A DNA stretch of 51,600 bases from Candidatus Omnitrophota bacterium (GTDB lineage Bacteria > Omnitrophota > Omnitrophia > Omnitrophales > Aquincolibacteriaceae), in NCBI GenBank assembly GCA_019052695.1, contig JAHQRI010000002.1:1-51600 (forward strand). Direction: 5' to 3'. Below, in pieces: positions 15,984 to 26,894 of the stretch. The notes below the pieces were generated by a model. The model saw nothing but the letters and a program-made list of their open reading frames with translations. It did not search any database and had not been told where the DNA came from. Numbering within the stretch: the stretch's first letter is position 1; the number at the start of each line of letters is the position of its first letter. Made by a program: the position numbers and the translations under genes.

Positions 15984-16293
15984 AGATCGGTCAGGGCTCC
16001 CTTTTTCAAATCTCAAATTCCTTTGGTCCTCATCGCAACGGTCGTTAGAGGGCCTGCGAAGGCACGGGCCGAAAGCCCCCCGCTTTCGACATTCCGCTCG
16101 CTCCCGATGGCCTTCGCTTCAGGACCGGGCGCCTTCCGCTTCGCTTCCGTTCGTCCCCTCGCACTTCAAACACAAAATCGAGTCGTTTTTGAAGGCAGCG
16201 TTCCCTTCGAATCCCTGCGCCGAAGCTTGCGGCGAGCATCGTAGACGGACTTCTTTGGTCCGTCATGATGTCGTCGTTGTTCACAAAGAACAA

Positions 16294-16380
16294 CGGAGAG
16301 ACAGGGATTCGAACCCTGGAGACCCTTGCAGGTCTACACGCTTTCCAGGCGTGCCCGTTCGACCACTCCGGCATCTCTCC
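16294..16380 (-). tRNA. tRNA-Ser (anticodon GGA), class II, CCA not encoded
   Basis: The minus strand reads GGAGAGA TG CCGGAGTGGTCGAACGGG CACGC CTGGAAA GCGTG TAGACCTGCAAGGGTCTCC AGGG TTCGAAT CCCT GTCTCTCC G. The anticodon loop is CT-GGA-AA. The long variable arm forms a hairpin, and the acceptor stem is perfect. Confidence 0.93.
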
Positions 16381-16510
16381 ATCAATCTTCCGGGGGCAAA
16401 ATTCCGCAGCCCGAAAAAAAACTCACTCCCGGGCTTTTAAGACGATGCCCCGGAAGAAGGCAGTCTATTGGTTTCGGATAAAACGGTCAAGGAGCGAGCG
16501 GAGGCCCCTT

Positions 16511-17779
16511 TTAAACGAGATAGGCTTGCAGGGCTTTCGGAAAGACAACTTGCCCTGATTCATTCTGGAAATTTTCAAGAAGACAGAGAACGATCCTCGC
16601 CAAAGCCAGGCCGGACCCGTTGAGCGTATGAACATATTCGAGCTTTTTGGTCCGGGCGTTACGGTAACGGATGTTCATCCGGCGGGCTTGAAAGTCGGTG
16701 AACAGGCTGCAGCTGGACACTTCAAACCACTTTTCCGTTGCCGGAGCCCAGACTTCCAGATCGTAACACTTTGCTGCGGCAAAGCTCATGTCCCCGCTCC
16801 CCAGAAGGACCGCACGGTAAGGAAGCTCCAGGGCCTGCAAGACGTCTTCGGCGTCCTGGACCAGCGTCTCCAGCTCCTGGTCCGACCCTTCAGGTTTCAC
16901 GAATTTCACCATTTCAACTTTGTCGAATTGGTGGACCCGGGAAAGGCCACGCGTATCTTTACCGTAAGAACCCGCCTCTTTGCGAAAACAGGGGGTGTAA
17001 GCCGTGTACTTGACCGGCAGATCCTTTTCTTCGAGGATCGTGTCCCGAAGGCAGTTGGTCACGGGCACTTCGGCCGTGGGGATCAAAAAAAGGTTCCCGG
17101 CATTTTGCTCGTCGTCGCCCAAACAGTACATATCCCCTTCCATTTTGGGCAGTTGGCCCGTGCCACGCATGGACGCACGGTTCACGATCGAAGGGGGCCA
17201 GACCTCCTTGTAGCCGTGCCTCCGGACGTGCATGTCTAACATCAGGCTGATCAAGGCCCGCTGCAGTTTCGCGCCCTCGCCAAAGAAAACGGGAAATCCC
17301 GCCCCCGAGATCTTGCTCCCCGTTTCCATAGAAAGCCATCCCAGACTCGTCGCAAGGTCCAAATGATCTTTGACCTTAAAGTCAAGTCTCCGGGGTTCTC
17401 CCCACGAGCGAATCACCTTATTTGCCTCAGCCCCTTTTGAAACAGGCACATCTTTTTGAGGCATATTTGGGAAATAAAGCAACATATCATTTATTTTAAT
17501 ATCTATTTCTCCCACTTTAAGCTCTAAATTGGCTATTTTTTGGGACAATGGCTTTATTCGATTTATCAACGTCGAGGCATCTCCCCCATTTTTTTTAGCT
17601 TTAGAAATTTCGTCGTTAGCAAGGTTTCTTTTAGCCTTCAGATCTTCGGCTTCTCTTAGGAGAGAACGTTTCTCGGCATCCATGGCTAAAAAACCCCGCA
17701 AGTCGAGCTGTGTGTTTTTGGCGGCTAGCCCGGCAGCGACGGCTTCGGGATTTTCGCGGATGTATTTCAGGTCGAGCAC
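16511..17779 (-). CDS. serS: Seryl-tRNA synthetase
   Basis: 422 aa. [12 protein letters not shown] starts the protein, followed by an N-terminal coiled-coil arm and class II motifs ([29 protein letters not shown]). Confidence 0.95.
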   Translation of the reverse strand: MLDLKYIRENPEAVAAGLAAKNTQLDLRGFLAMDAEKRSLLREAEDLKAKRNLANDEISKAKKNGGDASTLINRIKPLSQKIANLELKVGEIDIKINDMLLYFPNMPQKDVPVSKGAEANKVIRSWGEPRRLDFKVKDHLDLATSLGWLSMETGSKISGAGFPVFFGEGAKLQRALISLMLDMHVRRHGYKEVWPPSIVNRASMRGTGQLPKMEGDMYCLGDDEQNAGNLFLIPTAEVPVTNCLRDTILEEKDLPVKYTAYTPCFRKEAGSYGKDTRGLSRVHQFDKVEMVKFVKPEGSDQELETLVQDAEDVLQALELPYRAVLLGSGDMSFAAAKCYDLEVWAPATEKWFEVSSCSLFTDFQARRMNIRYRNARTKKLEYVHTLNGSGLALARIVLCLLENFQNESGQVVFPKALQAYLV

Positions 17780-17788
17780 GGCGGACTC

Positions 17789-20290
17789 CTACTTGGATCC
17801 CTTATTTCCGGATGGAAGGTCCAATTGGCTGGCGTTCGCGCCTTCGTCTTTAGCGACAACGCGCGTGGCCGAAGCGATCTTATCCTTGTCCTTGAGCCGC
17901 ATCACCCGGACCCCGACCGAATTGCGCCCGGAAGTGCGTATCTGGCTGACGGGGCAGCGGACCACCATGCCTCCCGTCGTCACAAGGATCGCCTCGTCCT
18001 CTTCGGCAACGGTCAACACGTTGACCACCTTGCCGTTCTTTTCGGAAACTTTCACATTGATGATCCCCTTGCCGCCGCGGGTCTGAATGCGGTACTGGGA
18101 AAAAAGGGTTTTCTTTCCGAACCCGTTCTCCGTGACGCTCAAGGCGGTCGCCTTAGGATTCACGACCTCCACAGCGATCACTTCGTCTTTTTTGGCGAGG
18201 TTGATCCCCCTCACGCCGCTCGCGGTACGGCCCATGTCCCGCACGTCCGCCTCCTTGAAACGGATCGCCTTGCCGTCCCGGGTCGCCAGGAAGATCTCGT
18301 CCTTCCCGGAGGTGATCTTGCAAGCCACGAGCTCGTCTTTGTCGCGCAGCGTGATCGCGTTGATCCCGCTAGAACGCGGCCTGGAATATTCGATCAGGTT
18401 CGTCTTTTTGATGACGCCCTGAGCGGTCACCATGACCACAAAGCGTTTATCGTCGAACTCCTTCACCTGAAGAAAACTTGAAACGTTCTCGTTGGCGCTC
18501 AGCGAAAGCAGGTTGACGATCGCTTTCCCTTTGGCCTGACGGGAGGCCTGGGGGATCTCGTACGCTTTGCGCCAAAAGACCTTTCCTTGATTCGTGAAGA
18601 ACAGGATGAAGTCGTGCGTCGACGCCATGAACATGTGTTCGATGAAGTCCTCATCGTCGCGTACTCCCGCTCCGGTCACGCCCGTCCCTCCCCGATGCTG
18701 ACGCCGGTACATGGAAATGGGGATCCGCTTGATGTAACCCGCGTGGGAGATCGTGATCAGGACGTCCTCCTGGGCGATCAGGTCCTCGATGTCGATCTCG
18801 TCCTCGGCCGCGACGATCTGGGTGCGCCGTTCGTCACCGTATTTTTTGAGCAGTTCGAGGGATTCTTCCTTGATGATGTCGAGTACTTTCCGCCGGCTCT
18901 TGAGAACGGATTTGTAATATTCAATCTTTTTGATGAGCTCCAGGTATTCCTCATCAATCTTCTCACGCTCAAGCTGCGTCAGCCGCTGCAGCTGCATCTC
19001 CAGGATCGCCTTCGTCTGGATCTCGGTCAGCTTAAGCCCCGCCATCAACCGCTCTTTGGCGAGTTCGGGGCTCTTCGAGGTCCGGATGATCTTGATCACC
19101 TTGTCCAGGTTCGCGATCGCCTTCTTCAGCCCTTCCAGGATGTGCGCTCGTTTCTCCGCCTTGTCCAGTTCGTACCGCGTCCTGCGGGTCACCACCTCCG
19201 CGCGGAAGTCGATGAACTTTTCAATCATCTGCTTGAGCGTCAGGACGCGCGGCTGGCCGTCCACAAGCGCCAGCAGGATGACGCCAAAGGAGGACTGCAT
19301 CTGCGTATGCTTGTAAAGATTGTTGAGCACCACCTGGTGGATGGCGTCTTTTTTGAGCTCGATGACGAGCCGCATGCCGTCCCGGTCCGATTCGTCTCGG
19401 ATGTCCGAGATCCCCTCGACCTTCTTCTCTTCCACAAGCCTCACGATCGATTCGATCAGGGACGTTTTGTTCACCTGGTACGGGATCTCGGTAATGATGA
19501 TCGCGTCTTTCTTGTTCCGGGACGTTTCAATCGCGGCTTTCGCCCGCATGATGATCTGGCCCCGGCCCGTCTCGTAGGCCTTCTTGATGCCGTCGCGGCC
19601 GATGATGAGCCCGCCCGTGGGGAAGTCGGGTCCCGTAATGACCTTGGAGAGTTCTTTGACCGTAATGTCGGGGTTGTCGATCGCGGCAACGATCGCCTTG
19701 ACCGTTTCCGTCAGGTTGTGCGGCGGGATGTTCGTGGCCATGCCGACGGCGATCCCCGTGGAACCGTTGACGAGCAGTGTCGGCAGTTTGGAAGGCAGGA
19801 CCAAAGGCTCCGTCAGCGACTCGTCAAAGTTCGGGATGAAATCGACGGTATCCTTATCGATATCGGCCAGTAAGTCGTTGCTCGTCGCCGAAAGCCGGGC
19901 CTCGGTGTAGCGCATGGCCGCGGCGTTGTCCCCGTCAATAGAGCCAAAGTTCCCCTGCCCTTCCACCAGCGGGTAGCGGAGCGAAAAATCCTGCGCCATG
20001 CGCACCAAGGATTCGTAGACCGCCGAATCACCGTGCGGGTGATATTTTCCCAGCACTTCGCCGACGATGCGCGCGGACTTCTTGTACGGTTTGGCGTGAA
20101 CGAGTCCCAGCTCGTTCATGGCGAAAAGGATACGTCGGTGGACGGGCTTCAGCCCGTCCCTCACGTCCGGAAGCGCACGGCCGACGATCACCGACATCGC
20201 GTAATCGATGTAGGAGTCCTTCATTTCCTCTTCGATCGGACGCGGAACGATCCTTTCGTTCATCGCGTAAAGGTTCTTCTCATCCGCCAT
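17789..20290 (-). CDS. gyrA: DNA gyrase subunit A
   Basis: ORF trimmed to the ATG at 20290 ([23 protein letters not shown]). Motifs include [11 protein letters not shown], the active-site [10 protein letters not shown], and a C-terminal beta-pinwheel with a QTRGGKG GyrA-box-like motif. Confidence 0.95.
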   Translation of the reverse strand: MADEKNLYAMNERIVPRPIEEEMKDSYIDYAMSVIVGRALPDVRDGLKPVHRRILFAMNELGLVHAKPYKKSARIVGEVLGKYHPHGDSAVYESLVRMAQDFSLRYPLVEGQGNFGSIDGDNAAAMRYTEARLSATSNDLLADIDKDTVDFIPNFDESLTEPLVLPSKLPTLLVNGSTGIAVGMATNIPPHNLTETVKAIVAAIDNPDITVKELSKVITGPDFPTGGLIIGRDGIKKAYETGRGQIIMRAKAAIETSRNKKDAIIITEIPYQVNKTSLIESIVRLVEEKKVEGISDIRDESDRDGMRLVIELKKDAIHQVVLNNLYKHTQMQSSFGVILLALVDGQPRVLTLKQMIEKFIDFRAEVVTRRTRYELDKAEKRAHILEGLKKAIANLDKVIKIIRTSKSPELAKERLMAGLKLTEIQTKAILEMQLQRLTQLEREKIDEEYLELIKKIEYYKSVLKSRRKVLDIIKEESLELLKKYGDERRTQIVAAEDEIDIEDLIAQEDVLITISHAGYIKRIPISMYRRQHRGGTGVTGAGVRDDEDFIEHMFMASTHDFILFFTNQGKVFWRKAYEIPQASRQAKGKAIVNLLSLSANENVSSFLQVKEFDDKRFVVMVTAQGVIKKTNLIEYSRPRSSGINAITLRDKDELVACKITSGKDEIFLATRDGKAIRFKEADVRDMGRTASGVRGINLAKKDEVIAVEVVNPKATALSVTENGFGKKTLFSQYRIQTRGGKGIINVKVSEKNGKVVNVLTVAEEDEAILVTTGGMVVRCPVSQIRTSGRNSVGVRVMRLKDKDKIASATRVVAKDEGANASQLDLPSGNKGSK

Positions 20291-20327
20291 ATTTATCCCT
20301 TTGGCCGGCTCCCGTCGCTGCCGTTCG

Positions 20328-22865
<2,538 letters not shown>

Positions 22866-22905
22866 TTAAGGGAAGACACCCTTCAATCGCTTTACCCGCC
22901 TTACC

Positions 22906-23202
22906 CTACTTTCCCACCCTTATTTTTATATCTTTAACCGCTTTTTCCCCGAGGGCCGCGCGCGCCCTTTTTAGAAAGGAGGCCCGGTATTTCTGGCTTA
23001 TTTCGTATGCCAGAACGGCTTCGTCCACGTACACGTAAAGGACGCCTTTCGAGGATAGCGAGGGGCGCGTCCGTTTGGCAAGCCGTTCCCCCGCGATGTT
23101 CGGCCACAAAGAGACCAACCGGTTTCGTATTTGTTTTTCCGGCTCCTGGAAGTTTTTCAGAACAACGGGTAAAATCAACCGGATCTCTTCTATGCCGCCC
23201 AC
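22906..23202 (-). CDS. DUF721 / DciA-like small protein
   Basis: 98 aa between dnaN and gyrB, the same slot as the DUF721 gene (DciA, Rv0004) in the mycobacterial dnaA-dnaN-recF-Rv0004-gyrB locus. W-P-x-I-x-G-x-x-L-A-x-x-T-x-P and L-x-V-x-V-D-x-x-x-x-x-x-E are typical DUF721 patterns. Confidence 0.6.
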   Translation of the reverse strand: MGGIEEIRLILPVVLKNFQEPEKQIRNRLVSLWPNIAGERLAKRTRPSLSSKGVLYVYVDEAVLAYEISQKYRASFLKRARAALGEKAVKDIKIRVGK

Positions 23203-23226
23203 GGAAATTATCGTCTTTTTTCCTGA

Positions 23227-24333
23227 TTAATTAAGCTGCATCGGCATGATCACGTAAAGATACCCTTCCCTCCCCCGGACCATTCCCGGAGAATCGGGTT
23301 TATTCAAGGATAAGGTGATATTCTCTTCGTTTAAGTTTTTTAAAACATCAATAAAATATCCCGGGTTGAAACCGATCGTGATCTCCTGCCCCTTAAATTC
23401 TGCCGGCACTTCCTCTTTCGCCTCCCCGATATTCGGGGACTTCGCGGAAACGATCACTTTATTTTTAACACAGTCGAATTTTAGAGCGGGCGCCTCAGGG
23501 GAGGTTAGGAGCGACGCCCTACGGACCGCTTGGAGGAATTCTTCCCGGTTAACTTGGACATGCGTATTTTCCTCCTTAAGGATGACCTGCTCATAATTAG
23601 GGAAATTCCCCTCTATTAAACTTGAGGTGAGGTATGTGTCATCAAAATAAAAAACAGCTTTATTTTGTGTGGTAATAAATTTAACCATTCCCTCCCACTC
23701 CAACAATTTCATCATTTCATAGATCGTTTTCGCAGGAATGATGATATCGATGTTCTTCTCTATTTTTTTCTTTATTTCTTTTCTATAAAAAGCCAACCTC
23801 CTCCCGTCGGTCGCTATAAACCTCGCCTGATTCCCCTGGAAAGAGAACAAAACCCCATTTAATACATACCTCGTTTCGTCATGGGATATCGCAAAAGAGG
23901 TTAAAAGAAGACTTTCTTTAATAAGGGATTGGTCCAGTTCGACCGCATGCTCTAGTGAGAATTCTGGAAGTTGAGGATAATCCTCTTTTCCCAGCCCCAT
24001 AATCTTAAAATGAGATTTTCCAGCCTTCACGCTGACCGTGTTATTTTTTGTCACCACAAGCTCCACATCCCCTTCGGGGAGTTCTTTGATGATATCGTGA
24101 AATTTTTTAGCCGGAAGCGTAATACTCCCCTCTTGGACGATCGTTCCCATCATTAAGGTGGAAAGGCCCACCTCCATATCGGTCGCAACTAATTTAATTT
24201 TCCCTCCTTTTTGTGTTTCTAAAAGAATGTTGTTGAGGATGGGGAGGGTGCTTGGTTTGGATGCGGCGATATTCACACAAAGGGATAATTTTTTTAATAA
24301 TTCATTTTTTTGAACACAGATCTCCATAACCAA
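23227..24333 (-). CDS. dnaN: DNA polymerase III beta sliding clamp
   Basis: 368 aa with a three-domain clamp pattern. Motifs include ILNNILLE, IKLVATDMEV and a C-terminal YVIMPMQL. SD aaggag lies 8 nt upstream. Confidence 0.93.
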   Translation of the reverse strand: MVMEICVQKNELLKKLSLCVNIAASKPSTLPILNNILLETQKGGKIKLVATDMEVGLSTLMMGTIVQEGSITLPAKKFHDIIKELPEGDVELVVTKNNTVSVKAGKSHFKIMGLGKEDYPQLPEFSLEHAVELDQSLIKESLLLTSFAISHDETRYVLNGVLFSFQGNQARFIATDGRRLAFYRKEIKKKIEKNIDIIIPAKTIYEMMKLLEWEGMVKFITTQNKAVFYFDDTYLTSSLIEGNFPNYEQVILKEENTHVQVNREEFLQAVRRASLLTSPEAPALKFDCVKNKVIVSAKSPNIGEAKEEVPAEFKGQEITIGFNPGYFIDVLKNLNEENITLSLNKPDSPGMVRGREGYLYVIMPMQLN

Positions 24334-24447
24334 AGCTCCTTTTTCTTTTATACTATATTAAAATTTAGTAACCGTAGTACTAGGGGTTGTGGAAATGTTG
24401 ATAATTATATAACTTTTTATTTAAAAATAGGTTACAAAAAGAAGATC
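24334..24447. other. AT-rich dnaA-dnaN spacer; possible oriC half / DNA unwinding element
   Basis: A 114-bp, very AT-rich stretch (tatactatattaaaattt, aactttttatttaaaaat). It has one degenerate DnaA box, tgtggaaat, at 24388..24396 (ATTTCCACA, 7/9 to TTATCCACA). Confidence 0.4.
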
Positions 24448-25851
24448 TTAGGGATAAGTATCCTCTTTTTTTAACAACCCCAACAGCTTCTCTAAAACGA
24501 TACGCGTGTTTATATTTTCCTCTTTTTCTTTCGAGATCTTATTACATGCGTGAAGTACGGTTGTGTGATCTTTCCCTCCAAAAAACTGACCGATCTCGGG
24601 GAGAGAATGCGCCGTCAATTCCCTTACAAGATACATCGCGATCTGCCGGGGCCGCACAATAGAAACACTTCTTTTTTTTGCCCGTAGGTCGGCGATCTTA
24701 ACGTTAAAATAATCCGCCACGGTCTTTTGGATGCCCTCTATATCGAATTTTCGGGCCTCTTCTTTAAAAGAGTCTTTAAGGATCTCTTGAGCGAGTTTGA
24801 CGTCAAGGGTCGCGTTCGTCAAAGAACAATAAGCGATCACCCGGATCAAGGCCCCTTCAAGTTCACGGATATTCGATTTGATCTTTCCGGCAATAAAATA
24901 AGCCACATCATCCGGCACCACGACCGTTTCCCGCTCCATTTTTTTCTTTAAAATAGCGACCCGGGTCTCAAAGTCCGGCGGCTGAATGTCCGTGACAAGA
25001 CCCCAGCCAAAACGAGAAACAAGCCTCTCTTCCAGTCCCGGAATATCCCGAGGAGGACGATCGCTGGTGACGACGATCTGTTTATGCGCGTCGTAAAGAG
25101 CGTTGAACGTATTAAAAAACTCTTCCTGCGTCGAATTTTTTTCCGCGATAAAATGAATATCGTCTATAAGTAAGAGATCAAGGGAGCGGTATTTTGCTCG
25201 GAATTGCTGAGTTGTGCGCATTTGTATCGAGGTGATCAGCTGATTAGTGAATTTTTCACTCGAGATGTAAAGGATCTTGTATGTGGGGTGCCGCCGACCT
25301 GTCTCGTGGGCGATCGATTGGAGCAGGTGGGTTTTTCCCAGACCCGTCGGGCCATAAATAAAAAGAGGATTGTATTGCTTTGCGGGGGCTTCACTTACAG
25401 CGACAGAAGCGGCATGCGCGAACCGATTTCCGGGACCGATCACAAAGGAATCAAAGGTGTAGTTCTCATTCAAGCCCACAAAACCCGCGTCCCGCTCTTT
25501 TTGGCGGGGGGAAACAGGCAGATTCTCTGCCGGAGCGGCCTTTGGGAGAGCAACCACTTGGTAAAGGACCTTTACCGTATGACCGAGCACATCGTCGAAC
25601 GCGGCAAGGAGTAAGTTCTGGTAATGGTCTTCAAGCCATTTTCCGTAATAACTGTCCGGAACGGAAAGGACGATCGCCTCATCACTTACCTTTAAGAGGT
25701 TGATAGGCGAAAACCAGGTTTTGAAGGACCTCTCACTTAACTCCTTGGCTAAGATCGCACAGATCCTGCTCCAAACCTCAGCGGTAGAGGACGAAGGATT
25801 TGAGGGAACAACGGAATTTTCTAAGGAAGGCTTCTCTAAAAAGTTATCCAC
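24448..25851 (-). CDS. dnaA: Chromosomal replication initiator DnaA
   Basis: 467 aa with a GTG start; there is no in-frame alternative start before the conserved N-terminus (VWSRICAILAKELSERSFKTWFSPI). AAA+ Walker A is GPTGLGKTHL, Walker B is LLIDDIHF, and the C-terminal DnaA signature is HTTVLHACNKI. Confidence 0.95.
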   Translation of the reverse strand: MDNFLEKPSLENSVVPSNPSSSTAEVWSRICAILAKELSERSFKTWFSPINLLKVSDEAIVLSVPDSYYGKWLEDHYQNLLLAAFDDVLGHTVKVLYQVVALPKAAPAENLPVSPRQKERDAGFVGLNENYTFDSFVIGPGNRFAHAASVAVSEAPAKQYNPLFIYGPTGLGKTHLLQSIAHETGRRHPTYKILYISSEKFTNQLITSIQMRTTQQFRAKYRSLDLLLIDDIHFIAEKNSTQEEFFNTFNALYDAHKQIVVTSDRPPRDIPGLEERLVSRFGWGLVTDIQPPDFETRVAILKKKMERETVVVPDDVAYFIAGKIKSNIRELEGALIRVIAYCSLTNATLDVKLAQEILKDSFKEEARKFDIEGIQKTVADYFNVKIADLRAKKRSVSIVRPRQIAMYLVRELTAHSLPEIGQFFGGKDHTTVLHACNKISKEKEENINTRIVLEKLLGLLKKEDTYP

Positions 25852-25852
25852 A
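25844..25852 (+). promoter_or_regulatory. Perfect consensus DnaA box TTATCCACA overlapping the dnaA GTG start codon
   Basis: Read directly: aagTTATCCACAgg. On the minus strand it reads tGTGGATAAc, where GTG-GAT-AAC encodes M-D-N of DnaA. Confidence 0.8.
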
Positions 25853-26136
25853 GGTTTTCCAAAGAAAAATTTAATAAAAATAAATTATTTATTGATAAAA
25901 AACTTACAAGGGCGAAAAAACAGACAAAGCTTATTAACAGTTTATCAACAACAAAAAAACGACCAAAAAAAAGACCCTCTCTCAAAAAACGAAAGGAGAA
26001 GACCAAGCGGTCGGCATTTTAATCCAAAAAAACGAAAAGTCCAGCAGGATTAAATCTTTTTTTGGAAATTATTCGCGAAAGAAAAAAAGTTTTTGCTAAA
26101 AAAAATAAACCGCTGGATATTCCGGCCGAAGTTCTC
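25852..26136. other. AT-rich dnaA/rpmH intergenic region; best oriC candidate (gene-orientation switch point)
   Basis: About 285 bp, strongly A/T-rich. Near-consensus DnaA boxes are TTATTAACA (25931..25939) and TTATCAACA (25942..25950). The A-tract motif AAAAAACGA occurs three times (about 25954, 25984 and 26027). Nearly all genes to the left are on the minus strand, and all genes to the right are on the plus strand. Confidence 0.55.
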
Positions 26137-26142
26137 TATAAT
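26114..26142 (+). promoter_or_regulatory. Putative rpmH promoter: TGGATA - 17 nt - TATAAT
   Basis: The TATAAT at 26137..26142 ends 8 nt before the rpmH ATG (26151). No SD lies between them, so the transcript may be leaderless or nearly so. Confidence 0.45.
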
Positions 26143-26150
26143 GCCGCCCC

Positions 26151-26291
26151 ATGGTCAAAAGAACATATCAGCCTTCCAAAAGAAAACGTCGTTCGAAGCA
26201 CGGCTTTCTTGCCCGCAAGAGGACCCAAGGGGGCCGTAAGGTCCTTTGGCGTCGGCGAAAAAAAGGCAGGAAAAAGCTAACCCAAGTCTAG
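26151..26291 (+). CDS. rpmH: 50S ribosomal protein L34
   Basis: Hand translation gives [46 protein letters not shown] (46 aa), too short for the ORF track. It is the canonical L34 sequence, in the canonical position upstream of rnpA. Confidence 0.93.
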   Translation: MVKRTYQPSKRKRRSKHGFLARKRTQGGRKVLWRRRKKGRKKLTQV

Positions 26292-26294
26292 CCG

Positions 26295-26672
26295 TTGGAT
26301 CGGAAGAAGCAGATGAGGCCGGAGCAGCGGCTTCGCACACAGGCTTCCTTCAAACATCTCGTGGATAAGGGCTGTTTTGCGAGGGGCGTTCACTTCTATG
26401 CTTGGACGGTTTCGCGGGATGAAATCGGACACGGAGCGAAGCGACCTCGACCGGCGCTCGGAGTGATCGTCAGCCGTCGTGCGGCGGCCAAGGCTACGAG
26501 AAGGAATGCCTACAAAAGACGTATCCGGGAGATCTTCCGGAAACACCAGGGAAGCCTCAAGCAAGACGCTGTCTGCCTGATCAAAGTTCGTCCGGGCGGC
26601 GGAGAGGCCTCGTTTGAAATGATGGAACTAGAACTGATCCAGCTTTTTAAAAAAACAGGGGCATGGAGTTGA
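26295..26672 (+). CDS. rnpA: Ribonuclease P protein component
   Basis: 125 aa (TTG start at 26295; an alternative ATG lies at 26313). The protein is basic, with the RNR-like motif [17 protein letters not shown]. It sits between rpmH and yidD. Confidence 0.85.
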   Translation: MDRKKQMRPEQRLRTQASFKHLVDKGCFARGVHFYAWTVSRDEIGHGAKRPRPALGVIVSRRAAAKATRRNAYKRRIREIFRKHQGSLKQDAVCLIKVRPGGGEASFEMMELELIQLFKKTGAWS

Positions 26673-26878
26673 AAGATTTCCTGATCTTTTTGATCCGCAT
26701 CTACCGCGCGTTGCTTACGCCTATCTTCGGACCTTGCTGCCGTTTCTATCCCAGCTGCTCAACGTATGCTGAGGAAGCGATCTCTCGGAAAGGACCACTT
26801 GCGGGAACGCTAGCCGCCTTGAGGCGACTTACCAGGTGTCACCCCTTCCATCCCGGAGGAGTGGATCTCCCGGAATAA
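26663..26878 (+). CDS. yidD: Membrane protein insertion efficiency factor YidD
   Basis: 71 aa. [31 protein letters not shown]...[12 protein letters not shown] matches the YidD signature. It overlaps the rnpA end by 10 nt. Confidence 0.9.
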   Translation: MELKDFLIFLIRIYRALLTPIFGPCCRFYPSCSTYAEEAISRKGPLAGTLAALRRLTRCHPFHPGGVDLPE

Positions 26879-26894
26879 TCCAAGGACCTTCCTT

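Noticed and set aside
16017-16293. Possible SRP (4.5S) RNA or tmRNA next to tRNA-Ser(GGA)
   Set aside because: The segment GGTCCTGAAGCGAAGGCC only loosely resembles the SRP helix-8 consensus GGUCCGGAAGGAAGCAGCC and does not close a GNAR tetraloop correctly. There is no tmRNA-like tRNA-Ala acceptor or tag ORF. It is kept only as an unexplained structured region in the findings.
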